A stretch of 59,036 nucleotides of DNA, from positions 1 to 59,036 of IMG/VR virus record IMGVR_UViG_3300032258_000001. One strand, 5' to 3'. Positions 29,415-38,820 of this stretch are shown piece after piece. The stretch's first letter is position 1. Every line of letters begins with the position of its first letter. The notes under the pieces are model-generated. The model was not told the DNA's origin. It saw only the letters and a program-made list of their open reading frames with translations, and searched no databases. Source of the stretch: a virus. Its lineage: Duplodnaviria; Caudoviricetes. The position numbers were made by a program, and so were the translations under genes.

Positions 29415-30473
29415 TTACGGTGCAATCCAGTAATCCGTTCCATTGTGCCAGAACTTCTCGCCGGCATAGAGTACCGAGATTTCCCGGCCGGTCGTTCCGA
29501 TGACGCCTTCGACGTTGCCGCTGGTGGTCTTCGCGAATGCGCTGTTGGCGCCGGCGATCTTCTTGATACCTACCAGGAAGTTGTCATAGTCGGCGCCTAC
29601 GGGAAGGATCACGTCGACGTCACCTCCGGTGGTATCAACCAGCAGCAGTTCGTCTATGTCCTGAACGTTGTACGGGCTGTCGGCGAACGTGATGGTCTTG
29701 CCGTACAGATCGTTGCTGCGCGGGATGCTGTCACTTGGACGCCACGGCAGCACCTTGATGGTGTCGGCATCTACAACTTCGGCTACCGGATCGCTGAGGT
29801 ATGTCATACCCTGTGGCTCAGTGGCCGTCAGCTCACTAGCTGTAGCACTGAGGAACAGATACTCACCAACAGGGAACCCGTGTGATGGCCAGGGTACCTT
29901 ACCGTGTGAAACCACGATGAAGTTGTCGTCGTCAACTTTAAGGATAACGCCTTGTGTCAGCGTTTCCCTGTCGTCAGCCTGTGCGGCCGTCCAGGTACCG
30001 GCGTCGTTGTATACCGGATCACCGGTATCGAAACCGTGAGCCACGACGTTATAGATGTCGTGGGTGTAAGTGGCATGCTCCGTGGCTGTCAGATGGTAGT
30101 ACTCGTCTGTAGTACCACCCTGGAGATCGCTCCTGTCATTGTGGAGGAGGTTCGTCGCTTTGGCGTCTACGTATGCCTTGACGGACTGCTGTGACGGAAC
30201 CTTGGTAGCGTCGTCACCCGACATATCGTCCTGGTCCAGGAAGTAACCATTACCTACCAGGGAGGTGTCGGCATTCATCGTGGCGCCGGCCGCATCCACG
30301 TTGGTGGTGTCAGTGACATCGGCACCAGCTTCTATGTTGTCCAGCTTATCTGCCTGGGCTACCGTCATCAACCCCTTCTGGGCGGGGCCGGGACTGGTAG
30401 GCTGTGCGTTTTGAATATCATCAGTACCGTCGATATGTTCTGCGGCGTGTAATTTATTGTGTCCTGAAGCCAT
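29415..30473 (-). CDS. fibre/structural protein
   Basis: 352 aa; common phage fibre motifs 'GLMTVAQADKLDNIEAGADVTD', 'VPSQQSVKAYVD', 'HNDRSDLQGGTTDEYYHLT'. Confidence 0.65.
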   Translation of the reverse strand: MASGHNKLHAAEHIDGTDDIQNAQPTSPGPAQKGLMTVAQADKLDNIEAGADVTDTTNVDAAGATMNADTSLVGNGYFLDQDDMSGDDATKVPSQQSVKAYVDAKATNLLHNDRSDLQGGTTDEYYHLTATEHATYTHDIYNVVAHGFDTGDPVYNDAGTWTAAQADDRETLTQGVILKVDDDNFIVVSHGKVPWPSHGFPVGEYLFLSATASELTATEPQGMTYLSDPVAEVVDADTIKVLPWRPSDSIPRSNDLYGKTITFADSPYNVQDIDELLLVDTTGGDVDVILPVGADYDNFLVGIKKIAGANSAFAKTTSGNVEGVIGTTGREISVLYAGEKFWHNGTDYWIAP

Positions 30474-30503
30474 AGTCTGTGCCTCCTACGCATTGGATGT
30501 TTT

Positions 30504-33191
30504 CTAGCTCTGCATTATGGATATTTCTACTCCGGCCTGTACGAACGCCCCTACGGCATAGGGTTTCTCATCCCCCGCCGTCCAGTCGTCATACGGGCTT
30601 TGGCCGATCTGCTGGACCCATCCGAGCTTCCCTGAGGCCGATATGGCTCTGCCAGCGAGAGCGTTCCACGCCTTCCCTATGACGGGGGCATAGGTCGCAC
30701 GGTCGAGAAGGCCATTGTTGACCCCCCAAGAGAACCCGAATGTGAAGAATGATGTACCTGAGGTTTCGGGGTATGGAGGGTCGGTGGCGTCCAGTAGGTT
30801 TGACCCCCAGAAACCATCGTCACGCTGGCAGGCGGCCAGAGCCACGGCCATCTCAGTGAAGACGGTTTCGTACTCTGTCCGATATGGACTGTCCGAAGGT
30901 AGATCCGTGAGTACCCGAGCCAGCCCTGCGAAGACCCAGCCGTTGCCACGCGACCAAAAGACCTTTGACCCGTTCGCGGTTTGATTGGCTGGATAGAACC
31001 AATTCTCGTCACGGTACCACAAGTGGGATGTCTCGTCGTACAGTCCCCCCGACCAAGTTGATCGGCAGAAAGTCCAGAAGTCATTCGCCGCATCGTGGTA
31101 GGAATTGTCCCCCTGTATGACCCCCATCTTCGTGAAGGTGGCGGGAGCCATGTACACGGTATCACACCAAGTCCAATAGTTCACGGCTGGAAGCAGGGCG
31201 ATCTGAGCGTCAAGATTAGCCTTGATGTTGCTGATCTTGCTCGGGTCTGTACTGCCCTCATATTCATAGTAGTCAGCATAGACTTGACCGCATAGTTGGT
31301 CATCCGCGTGATAGGCTCCAGGGAATCCACCCCTTGTCGGCTTGTTCCAAGAGAAACGGTTCCCCCAGTTCTCAACATAGGTGTCCACGGCTGGGGCGTC
31401 CGTTTCTTCCAGCAGACGCATCGCGCCCGTCAGGTATGCGGCGTCGTCCCACGTTCTATCCATTACAGTGTACGGGTAATTGGTCGCCCAATAGGTGTTC
31501 ACCAGTTCAGCCGTGGATAGGGCGACGGCGGCGGTCGGAAGGCTTGAGCTGATGTATGACGGAGCTGGCGTCGTGGACGCTCTAGGTGGCTCTAGCTTGT
31601 ACGGGTGCCCCACGGGGAGGCTGGCAGTCAGCCCCCACTTCCACGCGAGATAGCCTTCCAACTTTTCCCGTGTTTCGTCACTGACCTCATCCTTGATCGC
31701 GATGACCTCACAGATCGCGCCGTCCCACGCGAATTCTACTATGGAGTCGGGGGCGGGTGCCCTTCTCAGCGAAGCTCCAACTCCCCACCCGTTGCTGAAC
31801 AGGAGGTCGTGACGGACTCCCGAGGTCAGATCCTGTAGGTTGTCTCCGCCGTCAATGCCGATACGCCAACAGGCACCCGCCTCCCTCACGAAATTGGTCT
31901 GATGGGAGTCCGTGTTGATGCTTGGCAGAGTGTTCTTGGATGCCGCGCATCTGTCAACAAAGGTTGCGGCTGTTGCCTCGTCAAACACGGAAAGCACTTC
32001 GTCGGTCAACGCTCCCGTCTGTGAACCGAGGGCAATACCATTGGAATATTCTGTGCCGTATATCGAGGCAAGGAATGGGGGGCTGTAGGACGGTGGTGAG
32101 GGGAATTTTACTGGGAGGGCTTCCGTGATCACCTCATTTGACTTGAAGACAATGAACAAGCTCTTGATGTCGTTGTCCAACCCCGTGGCGTCGAACATAT
32201 GGGTATAATCTTCTTTCGTGAACTCAATCGCATTGAGACCGTTGACCGTGGTCTGCGTTGGGCGACGGGCAGGGTTCGGTTGGAGCAGGAACTTCCCAAC
32301 CTTCCCCGACTTGTCTCCCCATGAGGCATACTTGCCGTTCTCGTCCATGATCAATGTGGTCGTGTCGGCTCCGTCATACCACCCCTCGGTCGTTATGTCT
32401 GATGCCGAGAATAGCGGGGGTGCATCTACACCGACAGTCGGTTTGTCGTATTTGTACGGGTGTAAGTAAGGGAGGTTAGCTGTCAGTCCCCATTTGTGGG
32501 CGAGGTAGCCTTCAATCTTCTGACGTGTGGATTCGGTACAATCCTCGATCAACAGAATCTCGCCATATAGCCCCGATAGTGACGGATTGCCGAAGTTCCT
32601 GCCTATCTGTATGTCATCATATAGTGTAACGGGTGACGCCACATAGTCTGATCTACTATTGTAGTTCTGACCGTTGATGTAAATCCCCAAGAGGTCATTG
32701 CCTGCGTCGGCAAACGCACTTACAATACAAGGATCATTGAACGGGGAGTTGGGTGCGCTGAACTCCCGTGTATATGCACCGTTAATAAACTTTAGGCTAG
32801 GATTGAAACTTGTGTCATCCGTCCCATCTATAACCGCAAATTTGTCCCCCCCTGCCGTCCGTAGTGATACTATAGCGGGGTCATTGACGTTGGATTGGAG
32901 AGTAAAGTCATATACTGCAAACATTGCTATGTTTCCCGAAGGGACTGCGATATTGGCTCCAAGGTTCTGCAACAAATCGGCATTGAACGTCAGGACATTC
33001 AGACCGTTCAGCGTATCTTGACCGCTTACGGGTCTAGTGACTCCCGTTCCTGTCAGATCATAGCCATTACCACTTTTGTCGGCATATCCCGTAACTGGTG
33101 CTCCCGTGATCGTGGAGAGATCACTTGGGTCATACCATGCCACTTTAGCAATGTCGGCAGGTGTGAACGGTCGTGTTCCTATAAGTGCCAT
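30504..33191 (-). CDS. two LamG-like domains fused to a GH105/GH88 unsaturated glycuronyl hydrolase
   Basis: Likely start ATG 33191; C-terminal (alpha/alpha)6 motifs 'HADDQLCGQ', 'WTWCDTVYMAP', 'FWSRGNGWV', 'ETSGT', 'YAVGAF' as in YteR-like GH105. Confidence 0.85.
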   Translation of the reverse strand: MALIGTRPFTPADIAKVAWYDPSDLSTITGAPVTGYADKSGNGYDLTGTGVTRPVSGQDTLNGLNVLTFNADLLQNLGANIAVPSGNIAMFAVYDFTLQSNVNDPAIVSLRTAGGDKFAVIDGTDDTSFNPSLKFINGAYTREFSAPNSPFNDPCIVSAFADAGNDLLGIYINGQNYNSRSDYVASPVTLYDDIQIGRNFGNPSLSGLYGEILLIEDCTESTRQKIEGYLAHKWGLTANLPYLHPYKYDKPTVGVDAPPLFSASDITTEGWYDGADTTTLIMDENGKYASWGDKSGKVGKFLLQPNPARRPTQTTVNGLNAIEFTKEDYTHMFDATGLDNDIKSLFIVFKSNEVITEALPVKFPSPPSYSPPFLASIYGTEYSNGIALGSQTGALTDEVLSVFDEATAATFVDRCAASKNTLPSINTDSHQTNFVREAGACWRIGIDGGDNLQDLTSGVRHDLLFSNGWGVGASLRRAPAPDSIVEFAWDGAICEVIAIKDEVSDETREKLEGYLAWKWGLTASLPVGHPYKLEPPRASTTPAPSYISSSLPTAAVALSTAELVNTYWATNYPYTVMDRTWDDAAYLTGAMRLLEETDAPAVDTYVENWGNRFSWNKPTRGGFPGAYHADDQLCGQVYADYYEYEGSTDPSKISNIKANLDAQIALLPAVNYWTWCDTVYMAPATFTKMGVIQGDNSYHDAANDFWTFCRSTWSGGLYDETSHLWYRDENWFYPANQTANGSKVFWSRGNGWVFAGLARVLTDLPSDSPYRTEYETVFTEMAVALAACQRDDGFWGSNLLDATDPPYPETSGTSFFTFGFSWGVNNGLLDRATYAPVIGKAWNALAGRAISASGKLGWVQQIGQSPYDDWTAGDEKPYAVGAFVQAGVEISIMQS

Positions 33192-33192
33192 A

Positions 33193-33828
33193 TTAGCCGA
33201 TCCTCTCAAGTTTGACGTTATCCACGACACCGTAGCCAGTAGCTCCATCAATAACGACGGCAAGGTCATTTCCGACTAATGCCGCATCCGTAACAGGATC
33301 AGTCTCATAAGTACCTACAAAAGTCTGTAGTTCACCTGTATCTGTCACCGTACCGCTTAGTGTTATAATCACATACGGATTAAACGCACTTGCCCCTGCC
33401 GCAAAGTCCTGCCTATCGAAGAGAGCGGGCAAGGCACAGAGATGAACTTCATATATTCCTCCTGCTTCACCATAACCAAATGCCGAGATATGACGATTAT
33501 AACCAATATCAACGGTGAGTTGATACTTAACGGTGTTGACATTTATATCACCGATCACACCGTCGGCAGTACAAGCTCCGCTATTGGTATACAACATACC
33601 GAGGGCTTGTTCATTCCCGACTTGTGCAGTTACCCAGTCCCCGCCATCTTTGTTGATCATCCCAAAGCGACCTGCACCAAAGCCAGTATCAGCACCAAGC
33701 CAGTTGCCATTATCGGGTAATTGACCTTCGACATAGCCACTTATCACTGGGGACTCGAAGTCCTCAGTAAACAGCACGGCGGGAACGAGTAGCCGCTTAC
33801 CAGTAGGAATGATCAGGTTAGTACTCAT
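33193..33828 (-). CDS. putative carbohydrate-binding jelly-roll protein
   Basis: 211 aa; 'LFTEDFESP' start and 'VDNVKL' end typical of CBM-like beta-sandwiches. Confidence 0.5.
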   Translation of the reverse strand: MSTNLIIPTGKRLLVPAVLFTEDFESPVISGYVEGQLPDNGNWLGADTGFGAGRFGMINKDGGDWVTAQVGNEQALGMLYTNSGACTADGVIGDINVNTVKYQLTVDIGYNRHISAFGYGEAGGIYEVHLCALPALFDRQDFAAGASAFNPYVIITLSGTVTDTGELQTFVGTYETDPVTDAALVGNDLAVVIDGATGYGVVDNVKLERIG

Positions 33829-34544
33829 ACACTTAATACCACGAAGTAGGTTTGTGTTCCGTCATAGTAACACTTCTTGACGTTGTTGGCATCGATACGC
33901 TCGATCCAATGGAACCCTGCAGGTGGGTCTACTGGGGCCGAGGCATATTCTACAAGTGTCATACCTGATCCACCTGTGGGGGCGACTTCAACCGTAACAC
34001 CGCTTTCCTGCAAGTCTCCGTCAGTGTCGGTCGTGATGACGTTGTCACCGGTGTTCAGACTTGTAATACGTGCGTTGGGGAGGCTCAGAAGACTTCCATC
34101 CCAAGTCAAGTTGGCATCGCCTTCCAGCGTTCCGTCACCGGTCCATACACCGACCTGGTTGTCCACTGGGGTTCCCACCTTAGTAACACCGCCTGCAACG
34201 ACTTCGTCAATAGCTTCCTGTACGTCCGTGGCAGTCAGGCCGCTGGTCGTGTTGTCATATGAAACGCCCGATGCTTCTGGGCTTCTGTCGTCTTTTGCCC
34301 ACAAACCACCCTGTAATACGACCCGGTCACCTATTGCCCAGTCATTAACTCCGTCGATGGAAGTCGTGCCCGCCACATTAACAATGTAATAGTCACCTTC
34401 ATCTGCGGGTGAACCGTCTACTAGGCCGCCGTCGGCCAATGCTACGCCACCAGGGGCCGTCAGGTTGTTAGTCGCATCCCAGGTGCCTCTATATACCAGG
34501 CTACCGGAGGCTCCACCACCACTAATTACATTAATAATAGGCAT
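33825..34544 (-). CDS. fibre/structural protein
   Basis: 239 aa; 'YRGTWDATNN...GDYYIVNVAGTTSIDGVNDWAIGD', 'SGLTATDVQEAIDEV' phage fibre motifs. Confidence 0.65.
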   Translation of the reverse strand: MPIINVISGGGASGSLVYRGTWDATNNLTAPGGVALADGGLVDGSPADEGDYYIVNVAGTTSIDGVNDWAIGDRVVLQGGLWAKDDRSPEASGVSYDNTTSGLTATDVQEAIDEVVAGGVTKVGTPVDNQVGVWTGDGTLEGDANLTWDGSLLSLPNARITSLNTGDNVITTDTDGDLQESGVTVEVAPTGGSGMTLVEYASAPVDPPAGFHWIERIDANNVKKCYYDGTQTYFVVLSV

Positions 34545-34570
34545 CGTTTATCCTCCTGCCTGGGTATTGG

Positions 34571-34897
34571 CTATCGACACACCTGGACGCATAGGCTCTT
34601 GGTTCCTGTGCCGCCATGGATGGCCCATATCTCGCTTATACACAAATTGGTTCTGTTGATCTCGTAAGCACCGCCGTTCGCGGTAAGAAAAATTCCTTTA
34701 CCCACTTCGGCCTGATTGGTCGAGCCGTCGGGGCTGTTCTTCAGGGCCAGGTAGATACCCTCATCGGAGGCGTTGGTCAGTACGATGACTTTTACGCCTT
34801 TGCGGCCGAGGACAGGCTCCCTGGCCAGTACAAGAGAACCTGAAGTGGTGACGTTAATGCCGTCGATCTCTCCACCATTGTTGATAATGTCGGCCAT
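34571..34897 (-). CDS. small beta-rich structural protein
   Basis: 108 aa, GGAGG RBS, first gene of the fibre cluster. Confidence 0.55.
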   Translation of the reverse strand: MADIINNGGEIDGINVTTSGSLVLAREPVLGRKGVKVIVLTNASDEGIYLALKNSPDGSTNQAEVGKGIFLTANGGAYEINRTNLCISEIWAIHGGTGTKSLCVQVCR

Positions 34898-34955
34898 AAT
34901 GCCTCCTGTATGTCGTTAAACCGTCGAGGGCCCTGGTGGGCCCCCTCGGCGTCAT

Positions 34956-35657
34956 TTATTTATTCTTGGCCGCCGCCTTCTTCTTGGCTTCCCGATTCTT
35001 CTTGCGGGTAGCTGCCGCCTTCTTCGCTGCTTCGCTGCGCTTCTTGGCGGCCGCTGCTTCCTTCGCGGCCTCCGCCTTGGCGAGCTTGGCGATCGGATCG
35101 CCCACGTTCTCGGTCAAAGCGTCTTCCATGTCGATGTCCTTGGCCTTCTGCACAGTGCGTGGGTCATCGGTCTCGGGCTTTTCCCAGCCCATGGCGTCAC
35201 GCATGGTGACGGTCTTCTGGCCAGTGGCCTTCTGGACGAGGTCTTCAGCGTCCTTGAGGCGGCCTTCGCCTTCCTCTACGGCGTTGATGATCTGCGTACG
35301 CTTCTTCGGCTTCGGTTCTTCTTCCACCTTGGGCTCTTCCTTGACTTTGGCCTTCTTCTTGGCTTCCGCCTTGGCCTTCTCGACGGCTTCGCCGTGGACC
35401 ATTCTGTTCTGGATGGAGTCCACCTTGGTGGTACTCACGCCGTTGACCTGATAGGACAGCTCAACCATCTTGGTGTTGACGGCAGTGGCCAGCATCTTGC
35501 GCTGCACCGGAGTGGCTGCCGTGTAAACATCGAATGGGACGATAACGGAGCTCTTCGCCTTGACGAAGATGCCGCTCTTACCGAGCCAGGTGTACTTCAA
35601 GCTGCGATTGGTCGGATTCGTTACGACCGTCGCGATTAGGGGTTCTGTGTGATGCAT
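34956..35657 (-). CDS. hypothetical protein with Lys/Ala-rich C-terminus
   Basis: Likely start ATG 35657; ends 'AAAKKRSEAAKKAAATRKKNREAKKKAAAKNK'. Confidence 0.65.
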   Translation of the reverse strand: MHHTEPLIATVVTNPTNRSLKYTWLGKSGIFVKAKSSVIVPFDVYTAATPVQRKMLATAVNTKMVELSYQVNGVSTTKVDSIQNRMVHGEAVEKAKAEAKKKAKVKEEPKVEEEPKPKKRTQIINAVEEGEGRLKDAEDLVQKATGQKTVTMRDAMGWEKPETDDPRTVQKAKDIDMEDALTENVGDPIAKLAKAEAAKEAAAAKKRSEAAKKAAATRKKNREAKKKAAAKNK

Positions 35658-35689
35658 TATTTCGTACCTTTTTGCTGTTGGGGATATAT

Positions 35690-35725
35690 AGAAAGCCCCC
35701 GGACCCGAGGTCCGGGCACGGGGGC
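35690..35725 (-). terminator. probable intrinsic terminator after the major capsid gene
   Basis: Stem CCCGGACC-cga-GGTCCGGG (35698-35716), extendable through GC pairs, followed by TTTCT on the minus strand. Confidence 0.6.
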
Positions 35726-35750
35726 ATACCATAACACAAAGGACAACTGC

Positions 35751-36725
35751 CTAGAGTGCCAGTCCGGTGCGCCAGTTGATGGGGCTGCCGGCGAACTCGA
35801 CGCAGGCGACTGCGGCGACGTTGGCAACCGTGGCACCAACACACTCGTAAGCGTAGAAGCTCATGATGAAGTCTTCGTGCTTGGTGGACATGCAGATGTT
35901 GTCCAGTACGAAGAAGTCACCGAGATACTTCGGCGCTGCGAACATGTACATTTCGTAGTCCGCGACGAGGTTGTTCTTGATGGTGATGTTCCACTTCAGA
36001 CCCATGATCTGACGCTCGGTGAAACCGTTGACGAACATGTCTTCGGCCAAGTCACCACCGATCGCGGTGCGGTCCAGAGCAACAACGTCCCAGATGGTGA
36101 TGTTGTTGATGAGCGCTGCGGCCGGGTTCAGACGACGGTTCGTGGTGGGGAGACCACGCATCGCGTTGGCGAGGTTGGGGCGATCAATCGCACCACCTTC
36201 GATGTACTGACACGCGCCAAGGGCTGTGTTGACAGTGTTCTGACCACCGGAGTCGGTCTTGACGATGGTGTCAACCACGCTCATGAACTTCCGGTCTTCC
36301 TCTTCAAGGATGTCCTTGAGGATGAAGTCGTTGAAGATCTGGCGGATGTCCATGTCGTACGTGAGCAACTCGTTGACGTCGGAGACGTAACGACGGCTCA
36401 TGATACGGTCGAACATGACGCGGTACCGGGGTGCGGTCAGGTTGCTGTCCATGGGGGAAGTTCCGAACGGCACGGTGTAGGCGCCAGCGGAATTCGGTTC
36501 CATGTCCTTTACGATGACGGGCAAGGGAGTGTCCACCTGCTTGTCGAGGTCAGCGGGAGTGACGTCGGCAACGTCGTAGAACTTACGAGCGAAACCTTCT
36601 TCACGCTGTCTCAAGCGCAGGTAGTTGTTGACCTTGTCCTCAGCCTGTTTGCGGATGCCGCTGTCTTGGGAGGTGAGTCCGTTGACGACGGATTCGTTCA
36701 TCATTTTGACTTCAGTCGGATTCAT
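35751..36725 (-). CDS. major capsid protein (probable HK97 fold)
   Basis: 324 aa; protease-scaffold-decoration-capsid gene order, strong codon bias, followed by a terminator. Confidence 0.75.
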   Translation of the reverse strand: MNPTEVKMMNESVVNGLTSQDSGIRKQAEDKVNNYLRLRQREEGFARKFYDVADVTPADLDKQVDTPLPVIVKDMEPNSAGAYTVPFGTSPMDSNLTAPRYRVMFDRIMSRRYVSDVNELLTYDMDIRQIFNDFILKDILEEEDRKFMSVVDTIVKTDSGGQNTVNTALGACQYIEGGAIDRPNLANAMRGLPTTNRRLNPAAALINNITIWDVVALDRTAIGGDLAEDMFVNGFTERQIMGLKWNITIKNNLVADYEMYMFAAPKYLGDFFVLDNICMSTKHEDFIMSFYAYECVGATVANVAAVACVEFAGSPINWRTGLAL

Positions 36726-36736
36726 GATGATTCTCC

Positions 36737-37252
36737 TTAAGAGTCAGCGCCGGCCGGAATGTACTCAGTCCAGAAACGGAGCACGCTCTTGCCGTCTTTG
36801 TTAGTTTCTACGCCCGTGGATACGACGCCGACCGCGGTCAGCGCGCCATAGGGCAGCACTCCGAGCAACGTGATGGAACCGTCTGCGCTCTGCAACAGAT
36901 CGTTGGGAGCGTAGGTTTCGCCATCGTCGTACTCGGTTGACTCGACTTCGAAGGCACCGCTGCCGACGAGACCGGACATCACTCCACCGGAGATGTTGCC
37001 CTTGTCGGAGTTGGTGTCAAAGTCGTCTTGACTGTTGATCACGAAGATCGGCATCGGTTTGTTGCCGACCGCGCCCACCGGACAGCCCTTGACGAGTTCG
37101 CCATTGGAGTCCAGGGAGCAGCACATGCCTTCGACGATCGCTTCATCGGCCTTGGGAGCCGCGGCGAAGTCGAGACGACGTGGAGCGATGGCCCCTTTTA
37201 CGGGGACCAACGTGTGGTCATACATTTGACCAGGAGTAAGGGTACCAGCCAT
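36737..37252 (-). CDS. putative capsid decoration/cement protein
   Basis: 171 aa just upstream of the capsid gene; 'FEVESTEYD...YAPNDLL...VGVVS' beta-tulip-like. Confidence 0.55.
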   Translation of the reverse strand: MAGTLTPGQMYDHTLVPVKGAIAPRRLDFAAAPKADEAIVEGMCCSLDSNGELVKGCPVGAVGNKPMPIFVINSQDDFDTNSDKGNISGGVMSGLVGSGAFEVESTEYDDGETYAPNDLLQSADGSITLLGVLPYGALTAVGVVSTGVETNKDGKSVLRFWTEYIPAGADS

Positions 37253-37275
37253 GATAGCCTCCTGTTAGTTAATAT

Positions 37276-37665
37276 CTATGCTCCGTTGCCGAAGCCTTCT
37301 TCCCATGCTTTGTCCGAAGGGGCGAGATCTTTCTTGCTGGCTTTCGCCGCGCTTTTCTTGATCTTCGCGGTGTGTCCCAGTGAGTTCGTCGGGGCGCTTT
37401 CGCGTTCGGTGAACTTACTGACGACACGCTGCAGACTCAGCAACGCTTGATCCGGATCTTCCCGGAACGACTGCACTAGGTCATCCGAGGCCTCTTTCGA
37501 GAGCACATCGGACTCAACCAGCTTTTCAGCGGTCTGTGCAAGGACTTGGTCGCTGAAAGCGGGTTTCGCGTTGGCTTCCGAGGCCTCCTTCTGGAGCTCC
37601 GCGATAGCTTCCTGCGAAGCCTCAACGTAGTCGATGACCGTGTTGATGAATTCCCGCTGTTTCAT
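37276..37665 (-). CDS. head scaffold-associated hypothetical protein
   Basis: 129 aa, helical; LQKEA, LSKEA, IKKSA motifs. Confidence 0.55.
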   Translation of the reverse strand: MKQREFINTVIDYVEASQEAIAELQKEASEANAKPAFSDQVLAQTAEKLVESDVLSKEASDDLVQSFREDPDQALLSLQRVVSKFTERESAPTNSLGHTAKIKKSAAKASKKDLAPSDKAWEEGFGNGA

Positions 37666-37676
37666 GACTTATCCTC

Positions 37677-38744
37677 CTACTTCGCGCTTTGAATTGCTTG
37701 AAGAGCTGTCAGAAGAGTGCTCTTCCGGTCGGGAGTCTCTTCCTTCTCGGAGGCTTCCTTCGGCATTTCCTCGGGAATTTCCTCTTCGACGGGAGCCTCT
37801 CCTACGGGAGCCTCTTCGCCCATGCCGCCTGCTTCCTCTTGAAGGACCTGGATGATCTCTTCGTCGGATGCACCGGTCTCGGCCTTGATGGCTTCAACCT
37901 GGGCCTGAGCTTCCATCAACTCTTCGGGAGTGATGCCTGCGGCATCTAGTTCAGCTGCTAGTTGTTCCAGAGCGGCCGCGTCTTCTTCTGGAATGGCGGC
38001 TTCCGGCTGGGCCTCCTCGGGGAGGACTGCCTCCGGGGTCTGGACAGCAGTGGCGTCGAGAAGCGCAGCGGCCTGATCTTCATCAGGAACAATGCCGCTT
38101 TCCACGACGTCGTTTATGTCCTCAGCCTTCTTTTGCAGGCCTCTTTCGAAACCGGCACTGTAGGCCAGAAAACTGTTGAGCACATCCTCATCGACTTCCA
38201 GGTCGTCCTCTTCCGAGGCTTCCTTCTCGATGGGCTCTTGTGCGGTTGCTTCGTCCTCAAACTGGGCGAGGGCGATGGTTTGAAGGATGGACTCGGCCAA
38301 ACGCTCGGCACGGGCAACCTTGGCGATTTCGCTCGGGGCGGCATGCGCGGTGGTAACGTCCGTTACGTTTACGTTGTCGCCTTCCATCACGACGGATTCG
38401 TCGGCGTTGAGTTCCTTGGGAGAGTTCGGGTTGTCCTGCGGGTGCACGACTTCGTCCTCTTCCTTGTTCTGGGCCGCGTCTTCGGTAGCCAATTGGGCAT
38501 TGCCCTTGACCGCGCCGATTTCGCTGTCCTTCAGGTCTGCTTCCATTTCGGCACCGCGGTCTTTCTCGGCGGCCAACGTATTGTCGGCGTCAACCTCGGT
38601 AACCTCGTGGCCAGTCTTCTTCTCTTTGATCTTCTCGGACCCTGCACCTTGCGGATTAGTAGAGTCGGCGGCTTCTTTCTGAAGGTCGATCTGAGAGAAG
38701 AACTCGTCGCAGAGCGATCCAACCAAGTCTTTGTTGTTCGACAT
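37677..38744 (-). CDS. putative prohead scaffold protein
   Basis: 355 aa, very acidic and E/A-rich, between protease and capsid genes; five KxA motifs. Confidence 0.6.
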   Translation of the reverse strand: MSNNKDLVGSLCDEFFSQIDLQKEAADSTNPQGAGSEKIKEKKTGHEVTEVDADNTLAAEKDRGAEMEADLKDSEIGAVKGNAQLATEDAAQNKEEDEVVHPQDNPNSPKELNADESVVMEGDNVNVTDVTTAHAAPSEIAKVARAERLAESILQTIALAQFEDEATAQEPIEKEASEEDDLEVDEDVLNSFLAYSAGFERGLQKKAEDINDVVESGIVPDEDQAAALLDATAVQTPEAVLPEEAQPEAAIPEEDAAALEQLAAELDAAGITPEELMEAQAQVEAIKAETGASDEEIIQVLQEEAGGMGEEAPVGEAPVEEEIPEEMPKEASEKEETPDRKSTLLTALQAIQSAK

Positions 38745-38786
38745 CTCTCGTGTCCTCTTCTGTTTTCCGTTTGTTAGATGTACCTA

Positions 38787-38820
38787 ATTATACTGTAGCA
38801 CACATTTGTGCCACAGACAA
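38787..38820 (-). promoter_or_regulatory. candidate promoter upstream of the scaffold/capsid genes
   Basis: Minus strand ttgtctGTGGCACaaatgtgtgctacagTATAATtagg: perfect TATAAT, but the GTGG element is spaced 15 nt; an alternative reading is TTGTCT-N17-TACAGT. Confidence 0.45.

Noticed and set aside
26120-33191. Diversity-generating retroelement or invertible shufflon
   Set aside because: No reverse transcriptase or invertase in the window; repeats are direct and differences are not adenine-specific.
34921-34952. Terminator hairpin (GGGCCC-tggt-GGGCCC)
   Set aside because: Short bulged stem with no convincing U-tract; may be an RNA stability element, but not supportable.
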